Of a DNA stretch of 64,000 nt, positions 39,551-49,717 are shown in pieces (position 1 is the stretch's first letter; every line of letters starts with the position of its first letter). The notes beneath the pieces were generated by a model. That model was given only the letters and a program-made list of their open reading frames with translations, made no database searches and had not been told where the DNA came from. The stretch is from Candidatus Elulimicrobium sp. (lineage in GTDB: Bacteria > Patescibacteriota > Minisyncoccia > Phycocordibacterales > UBA918): positions 5,980-69,979 of the forward strand of contig DYNY01000002.1 in NCBI GenBank assembly GCA_020720815.1, written 5' to 3'. The position numbers and the translations under genes are program-made.

Positions 39551-40489
39551 TTGTATACTATCTTCTATATGCAGTTAGTTGAATTGAAACGACTCTTTTT
39601 AGAGTACCTAGAGATTGAGCGTGGCCGTAGTGTTAAAACTATTGAGAACTATGACCGCTACCTCACCCGTTTGTTTACTTTTGTTAAAGTAGACAAACCT
39701 GGTGAACTCACTGAAGAGCAAATACGAGAGTTTAGACTATACCTGAATCGGCAAGCCGGAACAAAAGTTGGTGGAAGAATGGAATCGATGAAAAGACGAA
39801 CACAAAATTACTACCTGATTGCCCTTAGAGCCTTTTTGAAGTTTTTGCGCAAGCGGGGTGTGACGTCTGTCTCACCTGAGAGAATTGAATTAGCCAAAGT
39901 GCCTGAACGATCGCTTGATTTGATTTCTAGTGTTGAATTAGACAGATTGTTGGCTACCCCACTTTTAACTACTCTCGAAGGAAAAAGAGATCGAGCTATT
40001 TTGGAGTTGTTATTTTCTACTGGTTTACGTATTTCTGAATTATGCGGATTAGAGATTCAAGATGTAGATCTTACTCGCGATGAATTTTCCGTTAGAGGTA
40101 AGGGTGATAAAGTTAGAGTAGTGTTTCTTTCCGAGGCAGCCCGAAGCGCAATTAAAGATTATTTAGCCTCTCGTAAAGATATGGAAGACGCCCTCTTTAT
40201 TCGTTATGGAAAAAAAGCGCATGTTGGAGAAGAAGCACGGATTTCGCCTCGTACGGTTCAAAGGCTACTAAAGCATTATGCCACTAAGGCAGGTATTACC
40301 CGCAAAGTCACTCCACATGTCATTAGACATAGTTTTGCTACAGACCTTCTAAGTAATGGTGCAGATTTAAGGTCGGTCCAAGCTTTACTTGGTCATGCTA
40401 ATATTGGTACGACACAAATTTACACCCATGTTACTGATGCGCACCTAAGAGCAGTTCATAAACAGTTTCACTCAAAACGTAAGGTTTAA
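39551..40489 (+). CDS. Tyrosine recombinase of the XerC/XerD type
   Basis: R...HxxR...Y catalytic residues (RHSFATDLL, LGHANIGTTQIYTHV) and an N-terminal SAM-like domain. It cannot be assigned to C versus D from sequence alone. Confidence 0.88.
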   Translation: MYTIFYMQLVELKRLFLEYLEIERGRSVKTIENYDRYLTRLFTFVKVDKPGELTEEQIREFRLYLNRQAGTKVGGRMESMKRRTQNYYLIALRAFLKFLRKRGVTSVSPERIELAKVPERSLDLISSVELDRLLATPLLTTLEGKRDRAILELLFSTGLRISELCGLEIQDVDLTRDEFSVRGKGDKVRVVFLSEAARSAIKDYLASRKDMEDALFIRYGKKAHVGEEARISPRTVQRLLKHYATKAGITRKVTPHVIRHSFATDLLSNGADLRSVQALLGHANIGTTQIYTHVTDAHLRAVHKQFHSKRKV

Positions 40490-40604
40490 TAGTTAGGATA
40501 ATTTTGGTTTGTGAAAGCTGGCGAGAGTTATCGTTACAAACTTATGATTAAGTCCAATCATATTTAACTGACAATTTTATTTACCGGAACTATATTAGTA
40601 AGTT

Positions 40605-41513
40605 TTATTTAGAATAAAGTTTAAGTAATGCTTCTATCCCCCTTTTATTCTTTTCCCATTCCGTGCTAGTACGAGTTTCTAACTCCACCGTTATTGCCGG
40701 GATTCCAATGGAAGCTAACCAACCCTCGGCATCGCCACTTACTGGATAGGCATCAAAGCTAGAGACAGATTTATATTTAGCCGCTACAGCATAAGTATTC
40801 ATTACAATAATTGTCTGTGCCAAAATTCCAGATTCACACTCCGAAGCATAGACAGCATTAGCTTGACTGTGCCAGAAGACAACTACCTGCGGAGAAATTT
40901 TTTTCACCAACTCGCGTAAGGCGACTGCTTCTGGTTCAGAAAAAGCCTCGGTTCCAGCCACCACTGTCTTGCCACGCCAAGTACTGGTTGGTTGCCACTT
41001 ACAATCAAAGTTTCGATTAAGGTCAACGTTGTTGGCGTTAAACCTACCGGCGCCAGTTTGATGGGCGTCATTTGGGGGAATTTCTTCGCTGGTAAATCTC
41101 CCCTCTTTTTTTACAACGTCATAAAGCCCATCTGGATTGAGAGACGGTACTACAGTGATACTTAAATTGTTTGGTAATACAAATTTACCACTTTCTAGTT
41201 CATCAATAAATTGATAGGCTAACAGGACACTGTTCCACTCATAACCTCCGTGTATACCGCCAACGAAAAGTAAATTATCCGTTCCGGTTCCAAAAGTGTA
41301 GCTTTCAATAACTCGACCCTCAACGGAGGTACCAATTACTGTTTTACCAAGAATGGTTGGTGCGGAAAGAGTGTCAGCTATTTCTGGTATTACTTTTTCT
41401 TCTGGCTTTGGAGCGATTAACTGGCCGGGGAATAGTGCCCAGGTTGTAACTAAGCAAACACCGAAGATTACTATAAAAGTGATCAACCAAACTTTTTTTA
41501 TGGCGGGGGGCAT
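40605..41513 (-). CDS. Secreted M14-family zinc carboxypeptidase
   Basis: Signal/TM N-terminus, GGIHGGYEWN (GIHxREW-like), LNPDG, VDLNRNF and WHSQ motifs. Confidence 0.75.
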   Translation of the reverse strand: MPPAIKKVWLITFIVIFGVCLVTTWALFPGQLIAPKPEEKVIPEIADTLSAPTILGKTVIGTSVEGRVIESYTFGTGTDNLLFVGGIHGGYEWNSVLLAYQFIDELESGKFVLPNNLSITVVPSLNPDGLYDVVKKEGRFTSEEIPPNDAHQTGAGRFNANNVDLNRNFDCKWQPTSTWRGKTVVAGTEAFSEPEAVALRELVKKISPQVVVFWHSQANAVYASECESGILAQTIIVMNTYAVAAKYKSVSSFDAYPVSGDAEGWLASIGIPAITVELETRTSTEWEKNKRGIEALLKLYSK

Positions 41514-42445
41514 TATTGTTTAGTAACGTAGTTTAATACAGCTTTTACCCCTTCTTGATTTTTAGCCAGCTCAGTACTTTTATGGTCACTTAGCAGGACA
41601 CTAATGGCGGGAATATTTTGGCTAGCAAACCAGTTAACCATGTCTCCAGTAATTTCGTAATAATCAAATTTCTCGTAAGCAGTATAGCCGGCTGCTTTGG
41701 CAAAAAGATTAGTCAAAGCCTCAGTCCCACTTGATACTCCGTTATTGCAGTTTGAAGCGTAAACACCAGAAGCCGCACTGTACCAGGTCACAATGGCTAC
41801 GGGTTCAGTTTGTGAAACATAGGATTTAATAGCTGAGCTCTCTGGTTCTGAGAAGGCCTCACTACCACCACTGACGCTTCTATTTTGCCAAGTACCAGTC
41901 GCTTGCCACTCACAAGCGAAGTTACGATTGAGATCAACTTCATTGGCATTAAAGCGACCACTAATGAGATTGGCCGGAGAGGTTGAAACATCAGTGGCTG
42001 TGAAACGACCATTTTTCCCAGTTACTAATTTCAAACCATCTGGATTTAATATTGGTATAATGGTGACGGTAACATCTGCGGGGACAATGTTCGGATTGGC
42101 TTTCAGCCAATCAATTACCTCATAAGCCAAAAGTGCGGTGTTCCACGAGTAGCCTCCATGAATGCCTCCAATAAAGAGAACCTCTTTATCACCGACACCA
42201 AAGTGATAAGCTTTTATGTCCAAACCATCTACTGTTTTACCAATAATACTTTCCGGCCCGCGAGTAATCGGAGTGATGGGTACCGGGGTTGTAGTTGATA
42301 CTTCTTCAACTACCGGAGTGATGGGGGTTACTTTGACGCTCGGTTTTTCGTAGGTGGTATCTGTATCACGAGAATTACTAAAGTAATAATAAATGCCACC
42401 AGAGATTATTAGTAAAACAGCGACTACAACTAAAATATTTTTCAT
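41513..42445 (-). CDS. Secreted M14-family zinc carboxypeptidase, a tandem paralog
   Basis: The same motif set (GGIHGGYSWN, LNPDG, VDLNRNF, WYSAAS). It overlaps the downstream paralog by 1 nt. Confidence 0.75.
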   Translation of the reverse strand: MKNILVVVAVLLIISGGIYYYFSNSRDTDTTYEKPSVKVTPITPVVEEVSTTTPVPITPITRGPESIIGKTVDGLDIKAYHFGVGDKEVLFIGGIHGGYSWNTALLAYEVIDWLKANPNIVPADVTVTIIPILNPDGLKLVTGKNGRFTATDVSTSPANLISGRFNANEVDLNRNFACEWQATGTWQNRSVSGGSEAFSEPESSAIKSYVSQTEPVAIVTWYSAASGVYASNCNNGVSSGTEALTNLFAKAAGYTAYEKFDYYEITGDMVNWFASQNIPAISVLLSDHKSTELAKNQEGVKAVLNYVTKQ

Positions 42446-42698
42446 ACCTACACATTGTATTCCTCTTGTGCAGACTTAGCTACCGTTATCAAAAATTTTC
42501 AGAATACAGCCCGATTTTATACAGGCAGGTTAACCAGGGAATTTAAGGGTAGTGGAACTGGTGGATAGCTAGTTGTAACTTTAAGGGTGTGAGGTGGGTA
42601 TTTTTACATATTTTATAAAAGTAAATTTCCACAAAACATTAAATTACTTTTGATCGATGTGGAACTAATTTAGAATAAGTAACGTCTAGTCAGTTACA

Positions 42699-45134
42699 TT
42701 AAGATACTGCCAGTTCTGCTTCGGTAAAATTATCTTTACTGAGAGTAATATTTCCACCCTTAATGACAGCACCACTAATTATTAATTGGGCAATTTTTTC
42801 TTCTAGTACATCTTGTAAAACTCGTTGCATAGGCCTGGCACCAAACTGTGGGTTGTATCCTTTTTCCACTAAAAAGTCCATCAGTTCACGATTTACTGTG
42901 AGTTCGTAGCCACGCTCTTTCACTCGTTCGTAAAGTCCTCCGAGCATAAGTCCGGCTATCTGTCCCTGCTCCTCCAATTTTAATGGTTCAAAAATAATTG
43001 TGCTGTCAAAGCGATTAAGAAGTTCTGGACGGAATACTCCTTCTTTAACGATGTGGTTAATTATTTCTTGCGTTAGGGTGGATAGTTCTTGGCGTTGATT
43101 TACGGTACGCAAGATTAGTTGACTTCCGGCATTGCTGGTAGCGATGACAATAGTATTTCGGGCGTTGACCTTATTACCCCTAGCATCAGTAAAAATCCCC
43201 TCATCTAGAATTTGTAGGAAGATATCGTGAACGGCTTTGGCTCCTTTTTCAAACTCATCTAGAAGAAGTACAGCATAGGGATGTTCGCGCAACATGTCAC
43301 CTAGTGTACCGGAGTTTACACCGTCACCAATCAATCTAGTTAGGGCATCAGCACCACTAAATTCTGACATGTCGATGCGGTGCATATTTTTTTCATCACC
43401 AAAAAATACATAGGCCAGGGCTTTAGCGGTTTCGGTTTTACCGACACCGGTTGGGCCAAGAAAAAGAAATGAGCCAATTGGTTTTTCACTGGATTGAATG
43501 CCTGCCCTAGCTCTACGCATGGTACGTGAAATAGCATCAATGGCTCGCTGCTGACCAATGACTCGTTCGTGTAGTTTACTTTCAAGATTGAGTAATAAAT
43601 TTTTTTCGACTTCACCGATAGGTCCGACCGGAATACCAGTTTTTTCACTGACAACACTGTATACATATTCTGGTGTAATCATTACTACCCCTGCATATTG
43701 TGCCCGTGTAGCGATGTCGATAAGCAGTTCAATGGCTTTGTCCGGCATTGCTCCTTCGACAATATATCGATCAGCCGTGTTAGTAATAGTTTGTAATGAA
43801 GCGTAGGTAAACAATACTCCGTAACGAGCCTCGTTTTGTTCGGCGATTCCTTGTAGAAGTTTAGTGGTACTACTTAAGTCTGGGGCGTCTAGTAGAACTT
43901 CTGCAAATCTACGCGAAAAGGCCCCGAGCGGTTCTAGAAAGGTGTGATATGCACCAGGCGTATCGGTGGCGATTATATGAAGCATTGGTGAAGCTAAGTA
44001 CGGGTCTAGTATTTCTGGGATAAATATTCCCATCGCTTCTGCTTCACGGATAAAACTACTAAGATTTTCGATAACAATAATAATATTGCCAGCATTATGA
44101 GCTTCAGTAAAAAGTGAAATGATAGTGTATTCCAACTCTTGTTTATCATGGTGGGTAGCGAAGAGTCTGCTCGTGTCAAGCAAAACCATTTTTTGATCCT
44201 CTACAGCTCCGATTGAGCTACCAGTTTTTAGACGACGATCTACTTCAAGTAATAAGTCAATTGTACCGACCCCGGCTTCACCAATTAGTAGCACATTAGC
44301 TGCTTTTGCTCTAGCTAAAGCTACTTCTACTTCAGCAATTTTCTCCTCAGTAAAAGCATTGTTACTGGTGGTCAAGTTTGAGAAGACGGCACTAGTTTTA
44401 ATATCTCGCGAAAATTTCTCTAATTGGAAAGGGGTGCCGTATGCCCACTCTCGGCCTATACCTTTGGTTTTAGAGAGATTATCTTTACCCCACCAACGCA
44501 TTATCTTTTTCTTTTGGTGGTGCGCTAGGACTACCCAATTTAGGGCACCAAAAAATGCCTCTTCGTTGATACCTTGTTTGGCAATCATTTTTTTAAAGGC
44601 CGTGTCTTGCTGAAGCAAATAATTTCCCAGAGTAATTAAAGAAAAAATCTGATTTTCTGGCAGAGGTATCATCGAAGTGGTAATTTTTACTCTAGGGCTA
44701 GCAAGAAACCCATCAAGAATATCAACAGCCACTCCAGTGCGCAGTAGAATTTCCGTACCCATTTGTGAAATACAAAAAGCTTTCGTCACGTCTTCTTCAT
44801 CGGAAAAAATTTCCGCTACTTCATAGGTAGTGCCGGAAATTTTTTCTTTGTTTAGTCCAAGAATAGAATTGAGTCCGTAAAAATAATAACTGTTAAAGTA
44901 GCTATAGATGAGAATTTGCTCCAACCATAAGGCGGTGGCTATAAGACACACTCCCAATGAAGTATAAGCATAGCTGTTTGAATGAGTAATGGTGAAGCCG
45001 GCACTAGCTAACCCTGAAATTAAAGCAATAGAAAAAAAACTTACTCGCAAAAAACTCAAGGTTCGTCTTTCAATAAAACGTGCAAAAGTAAGAACGGGGC
45101 GGTATTTTTTTATATCTTCAGCAATAGTATACAT
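42699..45134 (-). CDS. Membrane-anchored Clp/Hsp100-family AAA+ protein with a degenerate D1 and an intact D2
   Basis: Two N-terminal TM helices. In D1, Walker A is replaced by LLIGEAGVGTIDLL (no GK[ST]) and Walker B by IIIVIENL. D2 is intact: FLGPTGVGKTETAKALA, LLLDEFEKG, GARPMQRV. Confidence 0.8.
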   Translation of the reverse strand: MYTIAEDIKKYRPVLTFARFIERRTLSFLRVSFFSIALISGLASAGFTITHSNSYAYTSLGVCLIATALWLEQILIYSYFNSYYFYGLNSILGLNKEKISGTTYEVAEIFSDEEDVTKAFCISQMGTEILLRTGVAVDILDGFLASPRVKITTSMIPLPENQIFSLITLGNYLLQQDTAFKKMIAKQGINEEAFFGALNWVVLAHHQKKKIMRWWGKDNLSKTKGIGREWAYGTPFQLEKFSRDIKTSAVFSNLTTSNNAFTEEKIAEVEVALARAKAANVLLIGEAGVGTIDLLLEVDRRLKTGSSIGAVEDQKMVLLDTSRLFATHHDKQELEYTIISLFTEAHNAGNIIIVIENLSSFIREAEAMGIFIPEILDPYLASPMLHIIATDTPGAYHTFLEPLGAFSRRFAEVLLDAPDLSSTTKLLQGIAEQNEARYGVLFTYASLQTITNTADRYIVEGAMPDKAIELLIDIATRAQYAGVVMITPEYVYSVVSEKTGIPVGPIGEVEKNLLLNLESKLHERVIGQQRAIDAISRTMRRARAGIQSSEKPIGSFLFLGPTGVGKTETAKALAYVFFGDEKNMHRIDMSEFSGADALTRLIGDGVNSGTLGDMLREHPYAVLLLDEFEKGAKAVHDIFLQILDEGIFTDARGNKVNARNTIVIATSNAGSQLILRTVNQRQELSTLTQEIINHIVKEGVFRPELLNRFDSTIIFEPLKLEEQGQIAGLMLGGLYERVKERGYELTVNRELMDFLVEKGYNPQFGARPMQRVLQDVLEEKIAQLIISGAVIKGGNITLSKDNFTEAELAVS

Positions 45135-45143
45135 ATAATATAT

Positions 45144-45530
45144 TTATATCAGCAAAAGTATTCCGTAGTATAGACAGCCAACTATTATAATAGGAGCCGT
45201 AACCCAAAAAATATATGTTAAAACTATCCCGACTGAAAGTACTAATAATGAAGTTACCCCTATTACTATTATAACGGTACGCATAAGCATTCCGATTAAG
45301 CGGGAGATTAAATTAATAATAATAAATCCCGCTAAGTCTTCAAAGTTAAAAGAGTTACCGCGTTCTTCAGTCATGCGTTTAAAAGGTGCAAAATATGATT
45401 TGGTTAGTTGTGGTAGAGAAAAGAAATTAGTAACAAACCAAAGAAAGTTTTTCCAAATGTGAAAAATTTCACCGAAGGCGGATGTGTAGTGCCAAAGCAA
45501 ATAATGATGCAAAACAGAAATGAACAACAT
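45144..45530 (-). CDS. Small polytopic membrane protein upstream of the Clp-like gene
   Basis: 128 aa with hydrophobic helices at both ends. Confidence 0.55.
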   Translation of the reverse strand: MLFISVLHHYLLWHYTSAFGEIFHIWKNFLWFVTNFFSLPQLTKSYFAPFKRMTEERGNSFNFEDLAGFIIINLISRLIGMLMRTVIIVIGVTSLLVLSVGIVLTYIFWVTAPIIIVGCLYYGILLLI

Positions 45531-45582
45531 ACATATATAGTATACATGGTGGTATACATTTAGTGTGTAGTGGTAATAAACA

Positions 45583-45617
45583 ACAAAAGCCGCGCCCTTA
45601 GGGGTGCGGCTTTTGTT
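45583..45617 (-). terminator. Terminator downstream of the cold-shock gene
   Basis: aacaaaagccgcgccc-tta-ggggtgcggcttttgtt. Confidence 0.7.
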
Positions 45618-45629
45618 GTTTAGCTTTAA

Positions 45630-45875
<246 letters not shown>

Positions 45876-45968
45876 TCAATGCTTTCACCTTGCCTTGGAG
45901 GAGTTTGTTTCGCTACGTATATTAAAGCACAAATACAGATAAACACAAGCGTTTAGCCATCGTAAACT

Positions 45969-46373
45969 TTAGATTTTAATATTTCTACCCCATTTTCCTA
46001 TATATGGTAGCTCTTTCTCGGTTAGTTTTAGGGCATTAATAATACCAATGATGGAGAATACTAATGCCACAAATGATGCCAGCTTTAGAAAAGGACTAAG
46101 ACCAAAAAGCCAATTACTAAAAATCCAGATGACAAAAGTCATGATGAATACTTGTAGTCCTTGTCTTATGTGGAAATTAATAAAAGGATCTTCTTTCTTG
46201 GTTAGGAATGGAACTAAAACTAGCGGACCAATATATGAGAGGCTAGCCATAATAGTCTGCTCGTTAAAAGTAAAAGTGGTAGCTGGCTTTGGACTTGTAG
46301 TGGTCGTAGTAGTAACAATAGTCGGAGGGGTATTTGGTGAAGTGTTTTCTCCTGGGGTTTGATTATTATCCAT
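45969..46373 (-). CDS. DUF4870-like small membrane protein
   Basis: ASLSYIGPLVLVPFLTKKEDPFINFHIRQGL. Confidence 0.6.
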   Translation of the reverse strand: MDNNQTPGENTSPNTPPTIVTTTTTTSPKPATTFTFNEQTIMASLSYIGPLVLVPFLTKKEDPFINFHIRQGLQVFIMTFVIWIFSNWLFGLSPFLKLASFVALVFSIIGIINALKLTEKELPYIGKWGRNIKI

Positions 46374-46485
46374 AGTTTAAAATATTAGTAGTTTAGTTTT
46401 AATGCATCTAATATAAGTGTAGTACTTTGTCTCACTAATGCAAGACCCGTAGTAAAACTACGGGTCTAACCTGGTCTAAGTGGTA

Positions 46486-46686
46486 TTACCAATGTCCGCG
46501 CCAGGAGCGCATTATTTCTTTCATAGTTTTCTTAGCTTGTACTGGATGAAAGATGGCCCAGATAAAAAAACCGAAAATTGTTATTAAACCACCAAACAAT
46601 AATCCGATGAAGATAATGGCAAGCATTACCGGTAACACTAATAGACTTAAAAAAGTTGGTCTACCAATTTTCTTCATGTTTGCCAT
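46486..46686 (-). CDS. Small two-TM membrane protein
   Basis: 66 aa, hydrophobic. Confidence 0.45.
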   Translation of the reverse strand: MANMKKIGRPTFLSLLVLPVMLAIIFIGLLFGGLITIFGFFIWAIFHPVQAKKTMKEIMRSWRGHW

Positions 46687-46785
46687 TTAGAGCTTCCTTT
46701 CTAAATCTGGTATAGGTTGGTGTATTCGAATGTAGAACTGAGAGACTGTCTGTAAGATAGCAGAAACTAATGACTAAGCAAGGAA

Positions 46786-46832
46786 AAACACCCTTAAAAC
46801 TCTCTTCTAAAGAGTTTTAAGGGTGTTTTTCC
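46786..46832. terminator. Strong bidirectional terminator hairpin
   Basis: aaaaacacccttaaaactctctt-ctaa-agagttttaagggtgttttt. Confidence 0.65.
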
Positions 46833-47205
46833 AGCATAAGTAACGGCTTCACTGCCACAAGCGGACGTGGCATTATCCACGTAAAAATAATATTAAGAAT
46901 CGGACACCACTGTTGGTGGTGTCCGAGGGCCTCAGTAGCAGTTAGCAAAGCCATCTCCGAGTTCGCTTTCGTCAGGGTAGTTAAATTCTTCCGGCGATGT
47001 CGTCTTCTTATTGGACCTTGCCAAAGGAAGCTTTACTTCTTTTGTTGGGAGAAGACCTTGGGTTTGCTGTTGATTTTGCAGGTTCTGATTAATAATTGGT
47101 CCGTCTGGTATCGGTGTGAACATGTGACACATCCTTCCGCATTATTGGGTCACCTATATAGTTTACCTCTCCTCAAACTCCAGTAACTAAATTTATACAC
47201 TACAT

Positions 47206-47970
47206 CTACCCTTTCCCCATCCCCCACAACATATTAAAGAAAGCCCGGTAGTTATCGGCAATTTGCTTGGATTTTATTACATACACTAGTGGTGGGTTGA
47301 GAAAGGTATAAAATGAGACAGAGTCATGACGGATTACTAAGTGAGTGACGCCTTTTGGTAGATTGATGAGGAAGCGGTATTCCTGGTTGGCAAATTTACC
47401 AATGTATTCTTCGTAGAATGGTCGCTCATCATCACTCCCTAGATATTTCACCGAGAGTTCCTTTTTTCGCATCTCGTCTAGATGTTCGTCAAGGGATTCT
47501 CCCATAATGGCGGAGTATCCGGCTGAGGCACCACCAATAATGTAACACTCCCAGGTATCATCTGCCCTAGTAACCAGATCCCTTTCATATTGTTGGATCG
47601 CCCGCATACCTTGAAGTACCTCAAACTCTTGTTCGTTACCGATGTTGCTGATCTGGTTGAGTTCCCGTGCCAGGTCCCCGGCCTCGATAGCCTTTCTGCG
47701 ACCCAGGGTTTCAATTACCTGCGGGGGACGAGCTTTGTATTTGGCTTGCTTTCCTTTCTTGATTTCCTCTACTAACCTCTGACTAATAAGCTTCGGAAGA
47801 GCAATATATATGTATTGGCGCGGCATGTGAGTCAGTAGCGCTAATTTGCTACCGCCGAGCTCCTTTCCGTATTCCAGCAGGGTTACGTAGACTCTAGCTT
47901 CACTGTTGCTCAGGCCAAAGTCCACTAATTTTTCTACTAGGATTGTATTTGAAGTTTTAATATCTGTCAT
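47206..47970 (-). CDS. TrmB-family HTH transcriptional regulator
   Basis: N-terminal LVEKLVDFGLSNSEARVYVTLLEYG winged helix. 254 aa. Confidence 0.7.
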   Translation of the reverse strand: MTDIKTSNTILVEKLVDFGLSNSEARVYVTLLEYGKELGGSKLALLTHMPRQYIYIALPKLISQRLVEEIKKGKQAKYKARPPQVIETLGRRKAIEAGDLARELNQISNIGNEQEFEVLQGMRAIQQYERDLVTRADDTWECYIIGGASAGYSAIMGESLDEHLDEMRKKELSVKYLGSDDERPFYEEYIGKFANQEYRFLINLPKGVTHLVIRHDSVSFYTFLNPPLVYVIKSKQIADNYRAFFNMLWGMGKG

Positions 47971-48037
47971 AAATATAATGACACTATACTATAATAACTA
48001 TAAAAAACAACTATACTTGTCTATAAAAAGTGACATA

Positions 48038-48083
48038 TCTAACATTGACAAAATACCATAAAGATGCCATAATAGATGTTAGA
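48038..48083 (+). promoter_or_regulatory. Sigma70-like promoter (TTGACA-N17-CATAAT) bracketed by an 8-bp inverted repeat, a candidate operator
   Basis: TTGACA at 48045-48050 and CATAAT at 48068-48073. The IR is tctaacat (48038-48045) / atgttaga (48076-48083). Confidence 0.5.
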
Positions 48084-48148
48084 AAGTTCAGAGCAAACTA
48101 GCGGTCGGAAGACCAAAGGCACCTGAACAGCACCTTGAAAGGAAATCC

Positions 48149-48490
48149 ATGAACAAGATTGAAGCTATAAATAATCTCCGTGCATTTGCGGACGAAGTTT
48201 CTACGTACGGAAGGTTTACTGTCGGGGAAGGTCCCATCTATCGGTACTTCTACAAAACAGCAGCGTCAATGATTGACGCGTCAAGTTTGGCCGGGGACTT
48301 TTCTCTTGAGACCACTGGTTGGACGTTGGACCTGAAGATGGTGTTGTCAAACGGCAATGCCCTTAATCTCCTCCGGGTTTTCATGGACACGTTCGACCTT
48401 AATGGTGTTCACCACCTGAAGATCGGGGTCAGCGGAGACCTTGAGAAGTTGAAGGTCACCCTAGACACCTACGATCTATTTAAGCCGTGA
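48149..48490 (+). CDS. Hypothetical protein (113 aa), GC-richer than neighbours
   Basis: It follows the promoter above and is closed by an intrinsic terminator. No motif recognised. Confidence 0.55.
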   Translation: MNKIEAINNLRAFADEVSTYGRFTVGEGPIYRYFYKTAASMIDASSLAGDFSLETTGWTLDLKMVLSNGNALNLLRVFMDTFDLNGVHHLKIGVSGDLEKLKVTLDTYDLFKP

Positions 48491-48497
48491 CTGGTTT

Positions 48498-48530
48498 GGA
48501 GAAGTGTGCAACCCACACTTCTCCTCTTTA
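48498..48530 (+). terminator. Intrinsic terminator
   Basis: ggagaagtgtg-caaccc-cacacttctcc followed by tcttta. Confidence 0.7.
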
Positions 48531-48601
48531 TAAAGATTTTGAATACTTCAAAATCTTTTAGAGAATTTGTTCTTTAATTACGTACCTTGAAAGGAAGAGT
48601 C

Positions 48602-48814
48602 ATGTTGCAGGAAGTTTTTCGTGAAATGAAAACCGGAAGGTACTACGTTGTGTCTTACCTCAACGGTATGGGTGGTGATTGGAATCACAAAATTGAATGG
48701 GAAGGTGCCACGTACGAAGAAGGAGTGCAATACATCAGGGATAACAATCCCTCGCTCTGGCATAGGTTCGCCCTATATTACAACGGAGAAAAGCGCTATA
48801 GCCGGTGTAGATAA
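48602..48814 (+). CDS. Hypothetical small protein (about 70 aa)
   Basis: ATG at 48602 is preceded by AAGGAAG (48591-48597). The track start at 48587 is a TTG. Confidence 0.45.
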   Translation: MLQEVFREMKTGRYYVVSYLNGMGGDWNHKIEWEGATYEEGVQYIRDNNPSLWHRFALYYNGEKRYSRCR

Positions 48815-48922
48815 GCGCAAAACTAACCACTCTAGCCCGAGCGTGATCGGTGCCTAAGGCGAGTTGAACTATGCTCCTCGCTTTTTCTTTTGTCTGAAAC
48901 AGCAAAATGTTAGACTGTAGAC

Positions 48923-49717
48923 ATGAAAATATACTCGTGGAATGTGAATGGTATTCGGGCAGTCTTGAAAAAGGGTGATTTTCAGCGTTTCATGGCCGAA
49001 CATAAGCCTGATATTATCTGTCTGCAAGAGACAAAAGCTGAGCGTGGACAGGTTGAAATTGACCTGCCAGATTATGAGGAATACTGGAATAGCGCTCTAA
49101 AAAAGGGTTATTCTGGTACAGCCATCTTTAGTAAGGAGGCCCCCGTATCGGTTATTGAGGGAATTCCTGCGGATATCGCAAAACGGTATAACTTGACCGA
49201 TAGCTACGGAGACACGACCAAAGAGGGCCGGGTGCTAACTCTAGAATTTGAGGGTTTCTATGTCAGTACGGTCTATACTCCGAATGCCAAGGATGATCTG
49301 TCGCGAATCCCGATGCGTCAGGCTTGGGATCCAGCTTATTTGGAATTCATGAAACGTTTACAGGAGGAGAAGCCGGTAATATTTTGTGGCGATCTAAACG
49401 TGGCACACACGGAGCTCGATCTGGCGAGGCCAAAGGAAAACGAGGGAAAAAAAGGATTTACACAAGAAGAAAGAGATGGACTAAGTGCATACGTGAGGGC
49501 TGGCATTGTGGATACTTTTCGATTGAGAGAAAAAGATAATGGGCACTACACTTGGTGGTCGCATTGGGGGGCAGCCCGAGAGAGAAATGTTGGTTGGCGA
49601 ATTGATTATGTCTTTGCGAGCGAATCACTTGTGCCTATCATAAAGTATGCGCGGATTCATCCTGAAGTGATGGGTTCTGATCATTGCCCAGTCTCACTGG
49701 AACTTGCTCTACAATAA
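48923..49717 (+). CDS. xth: Exodeoxyribonuclease III (AP endonuclease)
   Basis: MKIYSWNVNGIRA, LQETK, and the C-terminal SDHCPV motif. Confidence 0.9.
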   Translation: MKIYSWNVNGIRAVLKKGDFQRFMAEHKPDIICLQETKAERGQVEIDLPDYEEYWNSALKKGYSGTAIFSKEAPVSVIEGIPADIAKRYNLTDSYGDTTKEGRVLTLEFEGFYVSTVYTPNAKDDLSRIPMRQAWDPAYLEFMKRLQEEKPVIFCGDLNVAHTELDLARPKENEGKKGFTQEERDGLSAYVRAGIVDTFRLREKDNGHYTWWSHWGAARERNVGWRIDYVFASESLVPIIKYARIHPEVMGSDHCPVSLELALQ

